Assembly: GCF_028641065.1 (NCBI RefSeq)
Contig: NC_073406.1
Coordinates: forward strand, 7,192,001-7,256,000
Origin: Leucoraja erinacea
Taxonomy: Eukaryota
Reading direction: 5' to 3'
DNA length: 64,000 nt
In this document: in pieces, positions 27,152 to 41,280 of the stretch
How positions within the stretch are numbered: the stretch's first letter is position 1
Layout: each line of letters starts with the position of its first letter
Program-made: the position numbers and the translations under genes
The notes under the pieces: generated by a model
What the model was told of the DNA's origin: nothing
What the model saw: the letters and a program-made list of their open reading frames with translations, nothing else
The model's database searches: none

Positions 27152-30100
27152 GTACTTAGTAGATACCATAACATGGAGTTCATAGTGATCAATGGTTTGA
27201 TGATTGTTGGGAAGAAACTTAGGAAGATACACATGGGTGTGGGCAGATGGGTTTCTTCTTGTTTGGTTTATCTTTCCTAGACAATATTATTGATTGTAAT
27301 CAAGCAGAGGCAGAACTAATCAGAGCAGGTTCTTTCCCACAAATTGTTGTCCAACATACACAAAATGATCTTCGACAAAGTACTACAAAATTGGAACTAG
27401 TATGGATTTCAAACATGAACAGAAGCAGCTGAATTACTTCCTCTAATATAAATGTGTTACTATAATTCTAACATTTTGCAGCACAGAAACAATGAACCAG
27501 AAGGGATGCTGCAAGTCTCTGGAGGAATTTTTCTCTGGGAATGCCAGGGGTTGCAGGGAGACCCGATAGAAGCATATAAAATTATGAAGCTTTAGAAAGC
27601 ATAGAAAGTTATAGCATTTTTCCCCAGGATAAAAAAAATCAAATACTAAAGGGCAAAGCTTTATGGTGAGAGGGACAAAGTTTAAAGATGTGTGTGTGGG
27701 GGTGCGGTGGGGGGGGGGGGGGGTAAAAAGCACAGAGGTGGTGAGAGTTTGGAACAAGCTACCAGGGATGGTGGCTGAGGGAATTACGATTTGCCTCAGA
27801 CTGTTGGAAATTTTTAATCTATTTATACAGATTTGTTAGAATCACTTGTTATTTGTGAAATTGGTGTAGTTGACTGGCAAATTTATTTTAACAGTTCTAA
27901 GTTGATGGCCTAACAGACACACTACAGATGGTTCGCTTTCACACTATGCATTACGTAGTCAGCAAAATCTCACAAGATGCAAACATCGCAAAGTAAGAAA
28001 ATAACCATAAATAACAGACTGCATTCAAAAACATTCCTACAGACTCCTGAATTTCCCAAAAAATGACAACACGCAGATAAGTGGCATATGATGAACTATA
28101 AAATTGGCACCTATTTAATTATCCACGACTGAAATTTCCACCAATTTCTTTATCTAAAAAAATCAAAGCGTTATTATTCCCACATTCATCTTCCAAGTGG
28201 CTATTCTTTCGAACTGTAGCTGCCAGGTGTGGAGCTGCCAGGCAAGGATCAACAAGCATGACTGCAGAAGACCATCTTTTGGCCGTATCTAAGCCTTTTG
28301 AACAAGGTTTATTTATCAGCAGGCAAGACCTGAACACTAGCAGTTTCTACCTTTCCTGAATCACAAAGCATAGTGGCTAATAATCTGTTCCTTCCCTGCC
28401 ACCAAATACCTGTAGCCAACACAGCAGATAACAGTGAAGAGCCCCAGTCAGTTCCTCACTGGCTAAAGCAACTATCTATGGAGCTGTACCGTACACACCT
28501 AGATGTTGCCAAGACTCAAGGGCCGAAGCTTCGGGGAGATGTTGAGCAGGCTAACACTATCCTCCTTGTGCAGAAGGCTGAGGGGTAATCTTTTACAGGT
28601 GTTCAAAATCACAAGGGGAATACACCAAGACTTTTTCCCGAGTCTAGGGGAATCAAGAACCAGTGGGCATAGATTTAAGGTAAGAGGTGGAAGAATTATT
28701 AGGAATCCGAAGGGTAGCATTTTCAGAGGATGGTGTGTATATAGAATAAACTGCCAGAGGAAGGGACAATTACATTTAAAAGACACTGGGACATGTACAA
28801 GAATAAGAAAGGTTGCGAGGGATATAGACCAAATGCAGGCAAACAGGACTAGCTTGGATGGGGCATCTTGGTCAGCATGGATGAGAGTAGCGAAGGGCCT
28901 GTTTCTATGACTATCTCCGATAACTCCGAATACAGCTGAAAACATTTGTTGAAATTAGAGGGTAAAAACAAATCGATAGAGCATTGGAAAACAAGTTCTT
29001 GAACTAGACGAGAATAAATAGGCATCAAGTGAGCAAACTAACTTTAATCGTCATGCAGAAACATCCACAATGGCAAGAACTGAATGTGGGTTTAAATTGT
29101 TGACTGATGGAGATAGTCAATTGATGCATCCCACAAACTAAAGCTTGTTAACAAGCAAGGGAAGTTCAAACCTGGTTAGTGCGAGACTGTTTCACAGGGT
29201 GTAGGATAAATAACATGCAGTTCCCTTAAAACTAAACTAAATTGTTTAGAGAAACAAAAGCACCTGGAAGGCATTAAGAATAGGAATTCATTGCCCATAG
29301 CAGTAAACATAGAAAATAGGTGCAGGAGTAGGCTATTCGGCCCTTCGAGCCTGCACATTCAATATGATCATGGCTGATCATCCAACTCAGTATCCCGTAC
29401 CTGCCTTCTGTCCACAAGTGCTATTTGTGACAGAAGTGACAAAAACTCTCATCACACATAAAACAATGCCTGGTTGCATTCGGTAGAGCCATAACCTGCA
29501 GGGCCACAGATGCTGGATGGTAGATCAGTTTTTTTTCAACCACCAAAGACACTGGGTTAAATGGCCTCTTCCAGCATCAATGTTCAGTAATTCCAAAGTA
29601 TGCCACGGAAGCAAAGCCAGAATTGTGCATTGAAATTAGCCAAAAAAGGTACAAAAATATACAAGAAATGAGCGCACCATCATGGATGATATACTATTTC
29701 ATTCTACCTTTCTGCACACTCCAACTTCTTAATATCTTGAATTAATCTTGATTATACTCCGTTTCCTTTGGGGTTGGACCTTCAAAGATTCAGAAAGTCT
29801 TGCAGTGAACCTGTTCACTGAACATATACTAATGTGGCCCTTCAGCTCATTGTATCTCTACTAGTTCATCCAACTGGTCCCGTACCTTTGTTCCTTAAAC
29901 AGTACTGCAAATGGTTCCCTTTTTAATTGTATATTTAATTATTTTAGAACAAGTAACAAAGAAAACTAGTGTTAAAATTCAGAACTCTGAGACAAGAAAA
30001 ATGACAGCATTTAAATGTGATTTCAGTAACCCTATGTCCAGGATCATGATTCCACATATTCTTAATTTTTAAGTTTGAATGTTCAGATTAAAATGATTTT

Positions 30101-30950
30101 TGAAAATGGAATTTGATACAGCTTTCCACATTGTTTGTTGTGAAGTGTTATAGGTATAAGTGAGGCCGGATAGTACGTATGGATCTAATTTTTTTCACAT
30201 TCATACTTTCATCCAATTATTGAGATGCTGCTTGAAAGACAAGGGACGAGCTGTAGGAGGGACCCATTCCTTCTCTCCAGAGATGTTGCCTGTCCCGCTG
30301 AGTTACTCTGGCATTTTGTGTTTACCTGGGGGTGGGGAGGAGACAGGATATTTGGAAGCTGAAGATGATACGTTATCTTGAAATACATTGTTACATACAG
30401 TGGGGGAAGATACCCAGCCCAAGGTGCAATGAAAACAGTCAGGTCAGGCATAGTCTGTGGGAGAAAACATTAATATGTCAAGTTGAAGATACTTTGTCAT
30501 GAATGGGAAAGTATTAACTTTATGTTGCAAAGACAGCGGGGGAAGAAATTGGACAAAGACGCAGATAGGGTAAACCCAGGGTTGCCATGGGGATAAATGA
30601 TAAGATTATCTGGTCAATGGGGCCAGTTAAATATCCAAATTTAAAAGCCTTGAAGCAAGGCAAATTAAAGACTACAGAGGAATGGAGGAGAAATGGCAAA
30701 ATGCTGAGCTGTCCACATCAGTCTGTGCTAATTGTCAGAAAAACCAAGCCACCTATCAAAGCTGACTTACAAAAGGAATGAGAAATTCCAATACGGACAG
30801 TGAAAGCAAGTTGTAGAATCCAAATAGGGAAAGAAAATGAACAAAATGCAATATTTATAACTACATGCATTAATAATAACCTAGAACACAGCAGATGACT
30901 TCCAAGCAAAGAAAGAAACCCAGAGCTTCACGATTTTCCTTTGGACCAAT

Positions 30951-30956
30951 TTTATT
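30951..30956 (-). terminator. RPL22 polyadenylation signal AATAAA
   Basis: tttatt on the + strand about 40 nt past the stop, followed on the transcript strand by a U/GU-rich tract. Confidence 0.8.
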
Positions 30957-30994
30957 GAATATAATTTGTACAAAAGTCCAGACCAGGTTTGGGC

Positions 30995-31192
<198 letters not shown>

Positions 31193-34100
31193 CTACTTGG
31201 TCTTTCCCAATGTTTTACCCCACCTATTTCCTTCAGTCTAAAGATCAAAGCCTGTCAAATCTAGACACCATTTCCTTTCACTGCTTTCTTGTATCAAGGT
31301 TTGATCATCTGACAAATATAAGGAATCACAACAAATCTAAAATAAGAATAACCAATAATTTTTGATGAGCTTATTAGCAGAAGAGATGATGGCAATATAT
31401 TTTCTATACGAGACAAATTGTAATCCACCTGCCCTGCTCAGAAAAAGATCAGACAGGTGGGTTATCTTGGTGTTGATCATATTAAACTCAACCATTCATT
31501 ACAAGGGGGCCAAGTAAATTGTGAACGTGCACACTCTGGATCTCATATACACATACAAGACAGTGAAGACACAGCAGTGTGAGGGGATGGAAGTAGTGCA
31601 CATTCAGACCTGTCCCCAGGACTACATTGGGCCAAGAGCTGGTACTGGATGTCTTTCAGTCTTGGTCAGAGGATTCAATGCGACCGGCACATCATCCGTC
31701 ACAGAACTTTCAGGGCCATCATTGCTCACACATCAGTTGAAGAGTGATGGCGAAAGGCAGAGAAAGGACAAGCTGGCTCCCAGCAATAGCCACAAGAGCC
31801 TCCAGAAACAAAACTGTCCACCAAAACCAATCCTTATGGCCTGTGCATTGTCCCTAGACCTCCATACCCACATGCTTATCCAAGTATTTTAAATGCCACC
31901 ATCGTATCTAGCACCACCATCACACCTGGCAGCGCATTCTAGACATTCACCACTCTTGCCCGCAATTGAGTTTTACATTTTCTTTTAAAATTTATACATT
32001 TGGTAGGGCCTTAACTATGATCATAGTAAAATAAACACTGCAATCCAGAAGGAACAGGGCAAGACAAAATTGATTGCTGTTTCACCATACTCAATACCTC
32101 TCCCTGCATTTGAGAACACAATACATACAAGTACAACAAGAGGGGGATGTTTAGGATTTTAAAAAATAATAATTAGATAGTTCAGGTACCAGAGGATGGA
32201 TAGATTATATTCTATCCAAAGAGCAGAGGTACAAGTAATGCCATCTGAGATTGATAAGTTTATCCATATACAGAGATGGGAGAAGAAAATAACAGGGGCT
32301 CCAACAATTGCAATTATTTTCCAATCTTGTCTGGCTGTAGATACGCAAACAGCAAACTAACACTTATTTTAGACAGAAGGAATATACCAATTAGATTTGT
32401 TTATTGTTAAATATACCAGAGTGCAATTAAATTTCTTGTTCATATGAAGCTCAGAGTAAATAATATATACAGTAACGATAAACACCAAAATACAAGAGTG
32501 CGAAGCAGCAGAATGGTGCACAAATAATGCAAAATTTGACTAGTGCAAAATAACAGGCTAGCTAGTCTACAATGCAAAGGCCAGTCTACAATGCAAAATA
32601 GAATTCCCAGAATGTTTAAAATTCTTTGAAAAGAACAGTTAGAATAGTGTTAATGGAAGACTGAAATATTGAATTGAAATAAGATAGAATTCAATATAAT
32701 CCACAATTTCTTTGAGCTCCTCAAAATGGAATGATTAAAAAAAAGATCACAGCATCCACCAAATGAGAATCTGGTTTCAACAGCAGCTCATTATCAATGC
32801 AAGACTAATGGTTGACAAATATTTTAATGAATAGAAATTTATTAAATGAGGATTCCCAGGACTCCTCGCTTTTCATAACATGCACGAATGATTTAAATGT
32901 AGAAATCATGATTAATGCTCACACTGAAAAGTGAGTACATGGTTAAAGAGAGGAAGAAAGCTGCTGGATATCAATAGATTGGTTTCCTATATGGGATAAT
33001 TTTAAGCAGGGTGGCCAACTAGAGTTTCGAAACTTTTCTCAATATTAAAATGGCATCAGAAAAGGAATCACTGTAAAAATTATGATGTGGTATTTATAGC
33101 TTGGCGATGGGAATTCCCGGTCAATACATTTCACACAAGCCTCCTCACATTCTTTATGAAGGTTAAGATATCTTATTTCTTTACTAGCATAATACAAAAA
33201 CACAATGGCTCCCAATTGATCCAACTCAATAAACTTGCCTTGTCTATCAAATCTCCCCGAACCTCCATGGCTCCAGGAAAAAAAAACGCAGCCTAAACAT
33301 TCCACCCCCATAAATGATGTCCTCCAATCCAGGCAACATCTTGGTGTACCTCCTCTGCATCCTCTCCATGGTGTTGCAATTAAAATCGTACAAACTTCAA
33401 TTGCAGTCTAATCAATGATTTGCCAAGTTGTAATATAATATTCCAATTCATATATACTATGCCCTGACTTTGAAGCAAGCATATCCGATGTCTCCTTCGC
33501 CATTCCTTTGAACTCTATTTGGGGAACAATGGCCTTGAACTCCAAAGTCTCTGCCCCATTACAGGAAGGATGTGGCGGCTTTGGGCAGGTTGCAGAGGAT
33601 TACCAGATTGATGCCTGCATTGGGTGGTATTAGCTACAAGGAGAGGTTGGTCAGACTTGGATTGTTTTCGCTGGAATGCCTGGGGTTGCAGGGAGAATAT
33701 AAGTATATAAAGTTATGAGAGGCATAGATAGGATAGACTGTCAGAACCTTTCCCACCCTGGATGAAAAAAAATCAAATACTAGAGGGAAAAGCTGAGAAG
33801 GGCAATGTTTAAAGGAGTCGGGGCAAATTGTTATTTTACACAAGGGTGGCGGGTGCCTGGAACACTTCTGGGGTGGTGTTGAGGCAGATATGGTGGAATT
33901 TAAGAGTCTCTTGGATAGGCATATGAATCTGCAAGGAATGGAGGGATATGGATTATCACAGGTAGATAAGAGATGGTCATGACATTATGTTCGGAATAGA
34001 CATTGTTGGTCAAAGGGCTTGTTCCTGAGCTGTACTGTTCTATGTACTGTCAACATTTGTAAGTGCCATACAATTTATTGTACATGCCTTACTCCTTTTG

Positions 34101-34844
34101 AGTTGCCAAAATGCAGATCCTCACATTTGTTTAAATTCCGTCTGCCAATGGTCTGCTTAACTTCCCATCTGATCTGTATCCTGCATTAGCCATAGACAAC
34201 TTTTCTCACTATCCTCAACACCACCTGTTTTTGTTATCCACTATCTTATTAATCATATCTCCAAATTGTCGATATATCACAAACCAAAATTCAAGCACTA
34301 GTCATTGTGTCATACCACTAATCAGACTTCTAATTTAAAAAACCCTTCCACTATTATTCTCTGCCTTCCATCACCAAACCAATTCTGAATCAAAGTAGCC
34401 AACAACTGTAGGTTAAGAGGTTTGTCCTAAATTATTCGATTGATATTTATGGCCATGTTCCAATATGACCAGAATAAAAACATAATTTCCTCAATAACCA
34501 GATGCTTCCATGGTTCTATAACCTCTAATACAGGTACCAATAAAGGATTGCATCCTCAGCCTGTTCTCCACTTGCAACCAAGAAACAAGGGGTTCATATA
34601 GCCGCTAGTCTAATTCTGCAGATTTAGTAAGTTCCATGCAAATTATAATATTTTGCTTTCCTGAGGCTAAAGTGTTCAATCCCAGCATTATTTCTTTTGG
34701 AACATCACATGCCACATTTGGTTTTAACCAGCATAAGCTAAGCAAGTCGGAACCTCTGTCTGAAATATTTGGCATATGAAGAGATGGCATTTGAAAAGGA
34801 ATATTTTTCTTTAAGAATAATTGCTCCCTTTGTCTTCCAACTCA

Positions 34845-35084
<240 letters not shown>

Positions 35085-36056
35085 TTACCAATGTAACCAA
35101 CAAGATTACATTTTGTAAATTCCCACTCTTGATGACAACCTAATGAGCTTTTTTAACCAGACAGGCCTGGACACGAGAACTGGCACTGATGCGTCATCTG
35201 CCACAAGCTAGCATTGCCTGGCCTTGAACAATGGGGAAGGTGCAACAACCATACAATCACAAATTTCCTGCAATTTCAGAACACCCAAAACCATTTTCAA
35301 ATGCAAGGGGAAAATATACAATTAATGCATGCCCCTTAACAGGAATTATGTACAGGAGATCTTGGGATCCAAGACAATAACACCCTGAAAGTATCAACAC
35401 AAGAAGATATAGTGGCAAAGGCGGCATATGGTATGCTTGTTTAAGGTCACAGCAATGAGTATAACAGTCAACAAGTTTTGATGCAGCTTTATAGGACTTT
35501 AGTTAGGCTGCATTTGGAGTATTGGGTGCCGTTCTCCTCACCCTATTACGGGATGTATGTGGAGGCTTTGGAAAGGATGCAGAGTTAGGCAGTATTAGCC
35601 ACAGGAAGAGGTCGGACAGACTTGGATTGGTTTCTCTGGATTGCTGGCGGTTGTAGAGACTAGATAGAAGTATACAAAATTATGAGAGACATTATCTAAG
35701 TAGGTAGTCAGAACCCTTTTCCCATGACGGAAAAATCAAATACACGAGGACATAGCCTCAAATTGTTAGTGCCATTTAAAAAACTTTTAGATAGGCATAT
35801 GGATATGCAGGGAACGGATCTGGATCACATGCAGGCAGAGGAGACTAGTTTTGTGTTCATCACAGACAATCTGGGCCGAAGGGCCTATTCTTGTGCTGTA
35901 CTGTTCAATGTTCTATTTGAGTGTTCATTCCTGATATTTATTAACTCTCATGCTACCAGCCAATTGTATTTGAGGAATTCCAATGATTTTGTTTCAGCCA
36001 GCTTTCTAGTGTAACAAAAATGTATCACTCATATTAGAAACCGTAAGCATCGAAAC

Positions 36057-36090
36057 CAAAGATACTATAGGAGCTCCTCTCGTATCTTTG
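36057..36090. mobile_element. 34-bp palindromic remnant of a related CAAAGAT element (17+17 bp)
   Basis: CAAAGATACTATAGGAG|CTCCTCTCGTATCTTTG between perfect 8-bp direct repeats ATCGAAAC. Confidence 0.7.
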
Positions 36091-37218
36091 ATCGAAACTA
36101 CATGGCTTCTTTAGAATCTTTAGATTCCATCTACTATAAATTAATTTGACATTAAAACAATAGAAAAAAAGTGCTTCACTCATGACCCATGTCAGACGTG
36201 GTCAGGTCTAAACCAATAGTTGAAAAAGCCAGAAGACAAGCCACATTATTCCCCACAGAACTCCTCCCAACACTCAGCATCAAGATCCACAAACTAAAAC
36301 CCACATTTTTCCAATGGGTCATAGACAAAAGCAAGGCAAAGATCGCCCAAGTACAATGAAGTCATCTGGTATTTTGGGTAAATGCAAAGCAATCAAAGCA
36401 CTCAATGCAGTAATTTTCAACACATTTCCCAACTAATACATTCACTTAATATATGCAACCTATATGCTGCACTCACTAGGAATAGTTTGCAATCTATGTG
36501 GAGTGAGCTGTCAACAAGGAGGTTGGTTCCACAACTTAGCTTAGATCATGGAGAACACATGATCTACAAAGGTTTGGTGATCAGTCTTCAATGGTCAGCT
36601 TATATTCAACAAACCATAGGGAAGATAGGAGTGAACACTCAAATGACACAAAAAGCTGGAGTCACTCAGTGGGATAAGCAGCATATCTGGAGAGAAGGAA
36701 TGGGTGACATTTGAGGTCGAGACATCTGAAGAAGCTGAGTTACTCCAGCTTTTTTTTTGTCTATCTTCAGTTTAAACCAGTATCTGCAGCTCCTTCTTAC
36801 ATAAACCATAGGGAAGTTGTCCAGATGTACAGCATCAGAAAGTATCCGATTCAAGAACACTTGGGGGAAGGACTAATATTGAAGGGAATCTGTAATTGTA
36901 TCTGTCTATCTAGTCCAAGGGGAATAAAAGAAGTCAACTTGCTCCAACCGTTTGATATGAAAAGTTGCTGAATCGCATTTCACATTTTATTATATGAAAT
37001 GTCAGGAGCTAGGAAAGTCACAACAGGTGAGGTATGAAACAGTCAATGGGAAATGGACAGAGATTGCAGATGCTGGAATATTGAGCAAATAAAGTGCTGG
37101 AGCTGAGTGGGTCAAGCATCTGCGGTGGGGAATAGACAACTAGAAATCATGCCACATTGCTAGAAATGGACTCCATCCTGTTGACATTTCTAAGTAAAAA
37201 ATGCACCTACAGCACCAA

Positions 37219-37502
37219 AGGGCAGCACAGTGACTGCCTTACAGCGCCAGGGACCTGGGTTCGATCTTGACTATGGGTGCTGTCTGTACAGTTTGTACAT
37301 TCTCCCTGTGACTGAGGGGTTTTCTCTGGGTGCTCCGGCTTCTTTCCACATTCCAAAGACGTGCAGGTTTGTAGGTAAATTGGTGTCTGAAAATTGTCCC
37401 TAGTGTATAGGATAGAACTAATGTACAGGTGATTGCTGGTTGGTACGGACTTGGTGGGCCATGGGGCCTGTTGCCCTGTTGTATTTCTAAAATAAACTAA
37501 AA
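37219..37502 (+). mobile_element. tRNA-derived SINE copy
   Basis: GGTTCGATC B-box, same core and TAAAATAAACTAAA tail. Confidence 0.75.
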
Positions 37503-37514
37503 GGGCCCAGTAAT

Positions 37515-37777
37515 AAAAATGTAATAAAAATAAACCGCAGTTGCTGGTTTATACCAAAGATAAACACAAAATGCTGGAGTACCTCAGGTCAGGCTGCATC
37601 TCTGGAGAAAATGGAAGATAACATTTTAGGTCAGGACACTTCTTCAGACTGACTTTAGAAGGGAGGAACCATGCAATCAGCCTGAAGAAAGGCCCCGACC
37701 CAAAACATCACCTATCCATTTTCTCCAGAGATGCGACATGACCCGCTGAGTTACTCCAACATTTTGTGTTTATCCAA
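37515..37777. mobile_element. Penelope pLTR fold-back element
   Basis: Inverted pLTR arms with degenerate cores; GGCCCAGTAAT duplicated at 37504-37514 and 37778-37788. Confidence 0.7.
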
Positions 37778-39550
37778 GGCCCAGTAATTGCTAGTCCACA
37801 AGCAATTCCTTCCTGATCCACCACTTCCTACCTACCCAACAGGACATGGAGCACCTACTGTACTGGCCAAAGAAATGTGGTCCAAAATGTGTCAGACCTA
37901 TAGAAGGAACCCAGCCACAAATCCTCTGAAAACTTAACAGCCAGCAAGTCCATATCCTCAGCTTATAGTTATTTTTAAAATAAATTAAAAAATTAATAAT
38001 TAAACCAGTAACACTGAAGCAAATAAAATTTAAAAAGAAACCAAAAGCATCTATGCATACACAATTAAAAATGCCAAAGTAAGCACAAATAATTTAAATT
38101 AAGCCCTCTACCCCTTAATCTGCTGCCCCATTGAAATGAGAGAGCTTTTGTATCCTGCCAGTGGTGCAGAATCCAAACTGCAGTTCAATTTCAGACTGGG
38201 ATCCACTTCTGGACTCCCTTTTTGTATTCTGAATCAATTTATCAAATCTGGGACTTTCACATTTGACAGTCCACACACGGAATTTCTAGTTTTATTTTAA
38301 TTTATGCTCATGACTGCACTGGAAGATCCAAACCAATGTTACATCAGAATCAGTTTAAAAAAATACATGCCTATATTTTTATCATATTCCATGATATTGA
38401 ATACAATAGTTCAGACAATCCAAAGCCAACTCAAAGATGCAATATAAGGTTTGCAAATTAATGGCAGTGTATTTTAACAGGCATGAGATTGGAGGTACAA
38501 GTAGGAAAATGATAGAATCCATGTAGATGAGCCAAACAGCCACATATCTACAAAAAGATAGAAATGTATGAAGGTTGTTAGTTCTCAAGGATCCTAGGTG
38601 CGCATTGATACATAGGCCGGATTCCAGACACAATGAGGATCCATTGCAACCAATTTTAAATAAAACATAATTTTATGTAATCGTCCAGTTTCAAATTTTG
38701 ACTGTCCTAAAATAGCCAGTTACCAAAGATAGACAGAAGTTGGTTGTGCAGTTTGTAATTCAAGGAATTAAATCCAGAACTGCATACAATTTAAAAGTAG
38801 ATTGGAGGAATTAAACTTAGTATCATTGTCGTACAAAAATGTTGCAATTAGCACATTTTGTCACCAGGAAATTAGAACATAGAACAGCACAACAGAGGAA
38901 TGGTCCCTTTGGTGCAGCGTTTGTGGCAAATTGATCTTACCTGCCTTCATGTGATCCATACCCTTCTATTCCCTGCATCTCCATGTGCCTAGTGAAAAAC
39001 ATCTCAAATGCCACTATCGTAATCTGACTCCACCACCACTATAATTTAGGCCCCCACCACCCCCTGTGTAAAATAATATTTTGCATCCACCAATGTCGTC
39101 CTCCTGCCTGAACCTGCATATTAAAACTACAGTGAAAACATTATGCTGCCATAAAATTTCACTAGTTACAGAATAACAAAATGAATAGAAGAGCACAGTA
39201 ACGTCTTGAACTCAGAACCTTCGATTTAGAAGCAATAATTCTACCAACTAAGCCACGGCTGACAACTCGCATCAACTCAAAATGGAAAGACATCTCTCAC
39301 AACATGCTGTGTAAGAAGAAACTGCAGGTGCTGGTTTAAATCGAAGATAGACACAAAAAGCTGGGGTAACTCAGCAGGACAGGCAGCATCTCTGGAGAGA
39401 AGGCATGGGTGACGTTTCAGGTCTAGACCCTTCTTCTGACTCAGAGCATACTATCAGCAATTTCCATATGACATACAGCATTGACAAAGTCGCATCTGTG
39501 GCCCATGCATTATATTCCTGTGTTACCCAATAAAGACTAGGAAAACTTAC

Positions 39551-39652
39551 AAAGTTGGAAGCATCCATGATTCCATCTTCCACTGGATGTGTGCAGTCTA
39601 AGGTGAACTTCAGCACCTGTTTCTTCTTTTTGCCCCTTGTTAGAATCTTCTT
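39551..39652 (-). CDS. RPL22: RPL22 exon 2 ([34 protein letters not shown])
   Basis: ttacag| acceptor, |gtaagt donor, 102 bp; eL22 signature [17 protein letters not shown]. Confidence 0.97.
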
Positions 39653-41026
39653 CTGTAAAGCAAAAGTCAAACAGTTAAAGAGATGCAGAAGGGAAAAATT
39701 CTGAAATGATAAAAGTATCGTGCAAAAAATAACCAGTTTTGTTTATTATCACGTTTACCGAGTTACAGTGAAAAGCTTTTGTTGCGCGCAATTGAGTCAG
39801 CCGAAAGACAATACATGTTTACGATTGAGCCATTTAGTTTACAATGTCACATCAGGGATTAAGTTTAAAATAATTTAGCTTTTTCATTTTGAAGGAGGGT
39901 CCTGATCCGACATGTCACTAAAGGAATATTTTATTTAAGACCGATGTTTTTTCAGAATTAATTGTGATTATTCAGGTTCCTGAAGGCTGTGTATATGGGA
40001 GGTATGGTATAAGTACATTGCAATGTACAGCAGTAGTAAGTTTTTATAAAACATATTCTGCTTGCTGAATGCTGACAATTATATGGTTGCTGCTGACAAT
40101 ACCAACTTTGTGTACATCTCCTTTTTCTCATCTGAAATGGCTAGTTATAGCAAGTTGATCACATTTTCACCTCATCAGTGATATTCTCTTCATTCTGCCC
40201 AATCTTCCTAAACATTATCTATTACTTAAAACTTTTCTTTCTGACAACCATCAACTGTTTCTACTTGCAGGATTTCTGGCCGATTTGCTGAATGCTTCGA
40301 CCGTTCTAATTTTAGAACACATTGATGTCTGGAAACAAATATAAGACATGGCAAGCATGGCACATTTTCCATCCTTGAAGTGAATCAAATGGATTTTTGA
40401 AACAATCCGTGGTTTCATGTTTACTGAGGCTAACTTTTAAAAAAAGTTCCCTAGTTGCCTTCTTAAGATCTAAACTCAGATTGTTAAACAGCTGTCCAAC
40501 AATTTTGCCTCTTGGAACAGTAAGGAATGGCTGCATTTAGCATGTGCTGTGAAAGCGCAAATGACAGATGTCGGCTACTGATCTCGAGGCCGGACAAGGT
40601 GAAAACCCGTCTCTGATCAAGAAAAAAGTTTTTACTTTATTTGTAGATCTTTAAATTAATTAAATGGGTTGAAAAACTTCCCAAACACGTGCCACGCGGG
40701 GCGAAAGATCAGCTCAACATTTCACCACTAAAACGGAAAGCAGCCGATCCCAGCAGTAATGAGGGACAGTGCTGACGCCTGGGCCGGTTGGTGCAAAGAC
40801 CGAGAACAGTCTCCACATTACAACTCGCACCCGAGGCCGAGAGCTCAGGCCTACACCCACCGGCCCGCCCGCCCGCTAACCGCCTGTCCGGGGGCCGGAA
40901 GGATAAATCGGTACAAAGGCCCAACGCGGGGAACTCAAGGACTCATGGTTTCGAAGAGCGGAGAGAACCACTCGGTTTTTCCGCCACAGCCACCGGCAAA
41001 AGGCTGGGTCGCGGCGGCGGACTCAC

Positions 41027-41038
41027 CGCAGGAGCCAT
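41027..41038 (-). CDS. RPL22: RPL22 coding exon 1 (MAPA)
   Basis: ATG GCT CCT GCG|GTGAGT, preceded by a pyrimidine-tract 5'UTR; a 12-nt first coding exon as in vertebrate RPL22. Confidence 0.92.
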
Positions 41039-41039
41039 G

Positions 41040-41280
41040 TCTCCAAAAGATGGCGGAGCGAGAGAAAGAGGGAAGGCGGGGCCAGCGCGCGCATGCGTGA
41101 CGGCTGGTCGCAGGAGCTCCAATCACCACACAGGTAGGGCGCAGGCGCCTCCCCTTGCCAGCCGGGTCGAGGGATCCCACCAATCAGGGAAGGGTTCAAG
41201 ACGTCACCGCGAGATGGAGCAATGGGAGCACAACCTGTGCGCTTGCGCATTGGTGCGAGGGAGCGTACCAATCAGCGAGC
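41040..41280 (-). promoter_or_regulatory. RPL22 promoter/5'TOP: TCT-type initiator, YY1, NRF1 and CCAAT boxes in a CpG island
   Basis: CCTTCCCTCTTTCTCTC on - (41060-41076); AAGATGGCGG 41047-41056; GCGCATGCGT 41089-41098; TGCGCTTGCGCA 41238-41249; CCAATCA at 41119, 41180 and 41268; CpG-rich about 40690-41370. Confidence 0.8.

Noticed and set aside
40090-40180. Possible C/D snoRNA in RPL22 intron 1 (CTGATGA on -)
   Set aside because: No suitably placed D box or terminal stem found.
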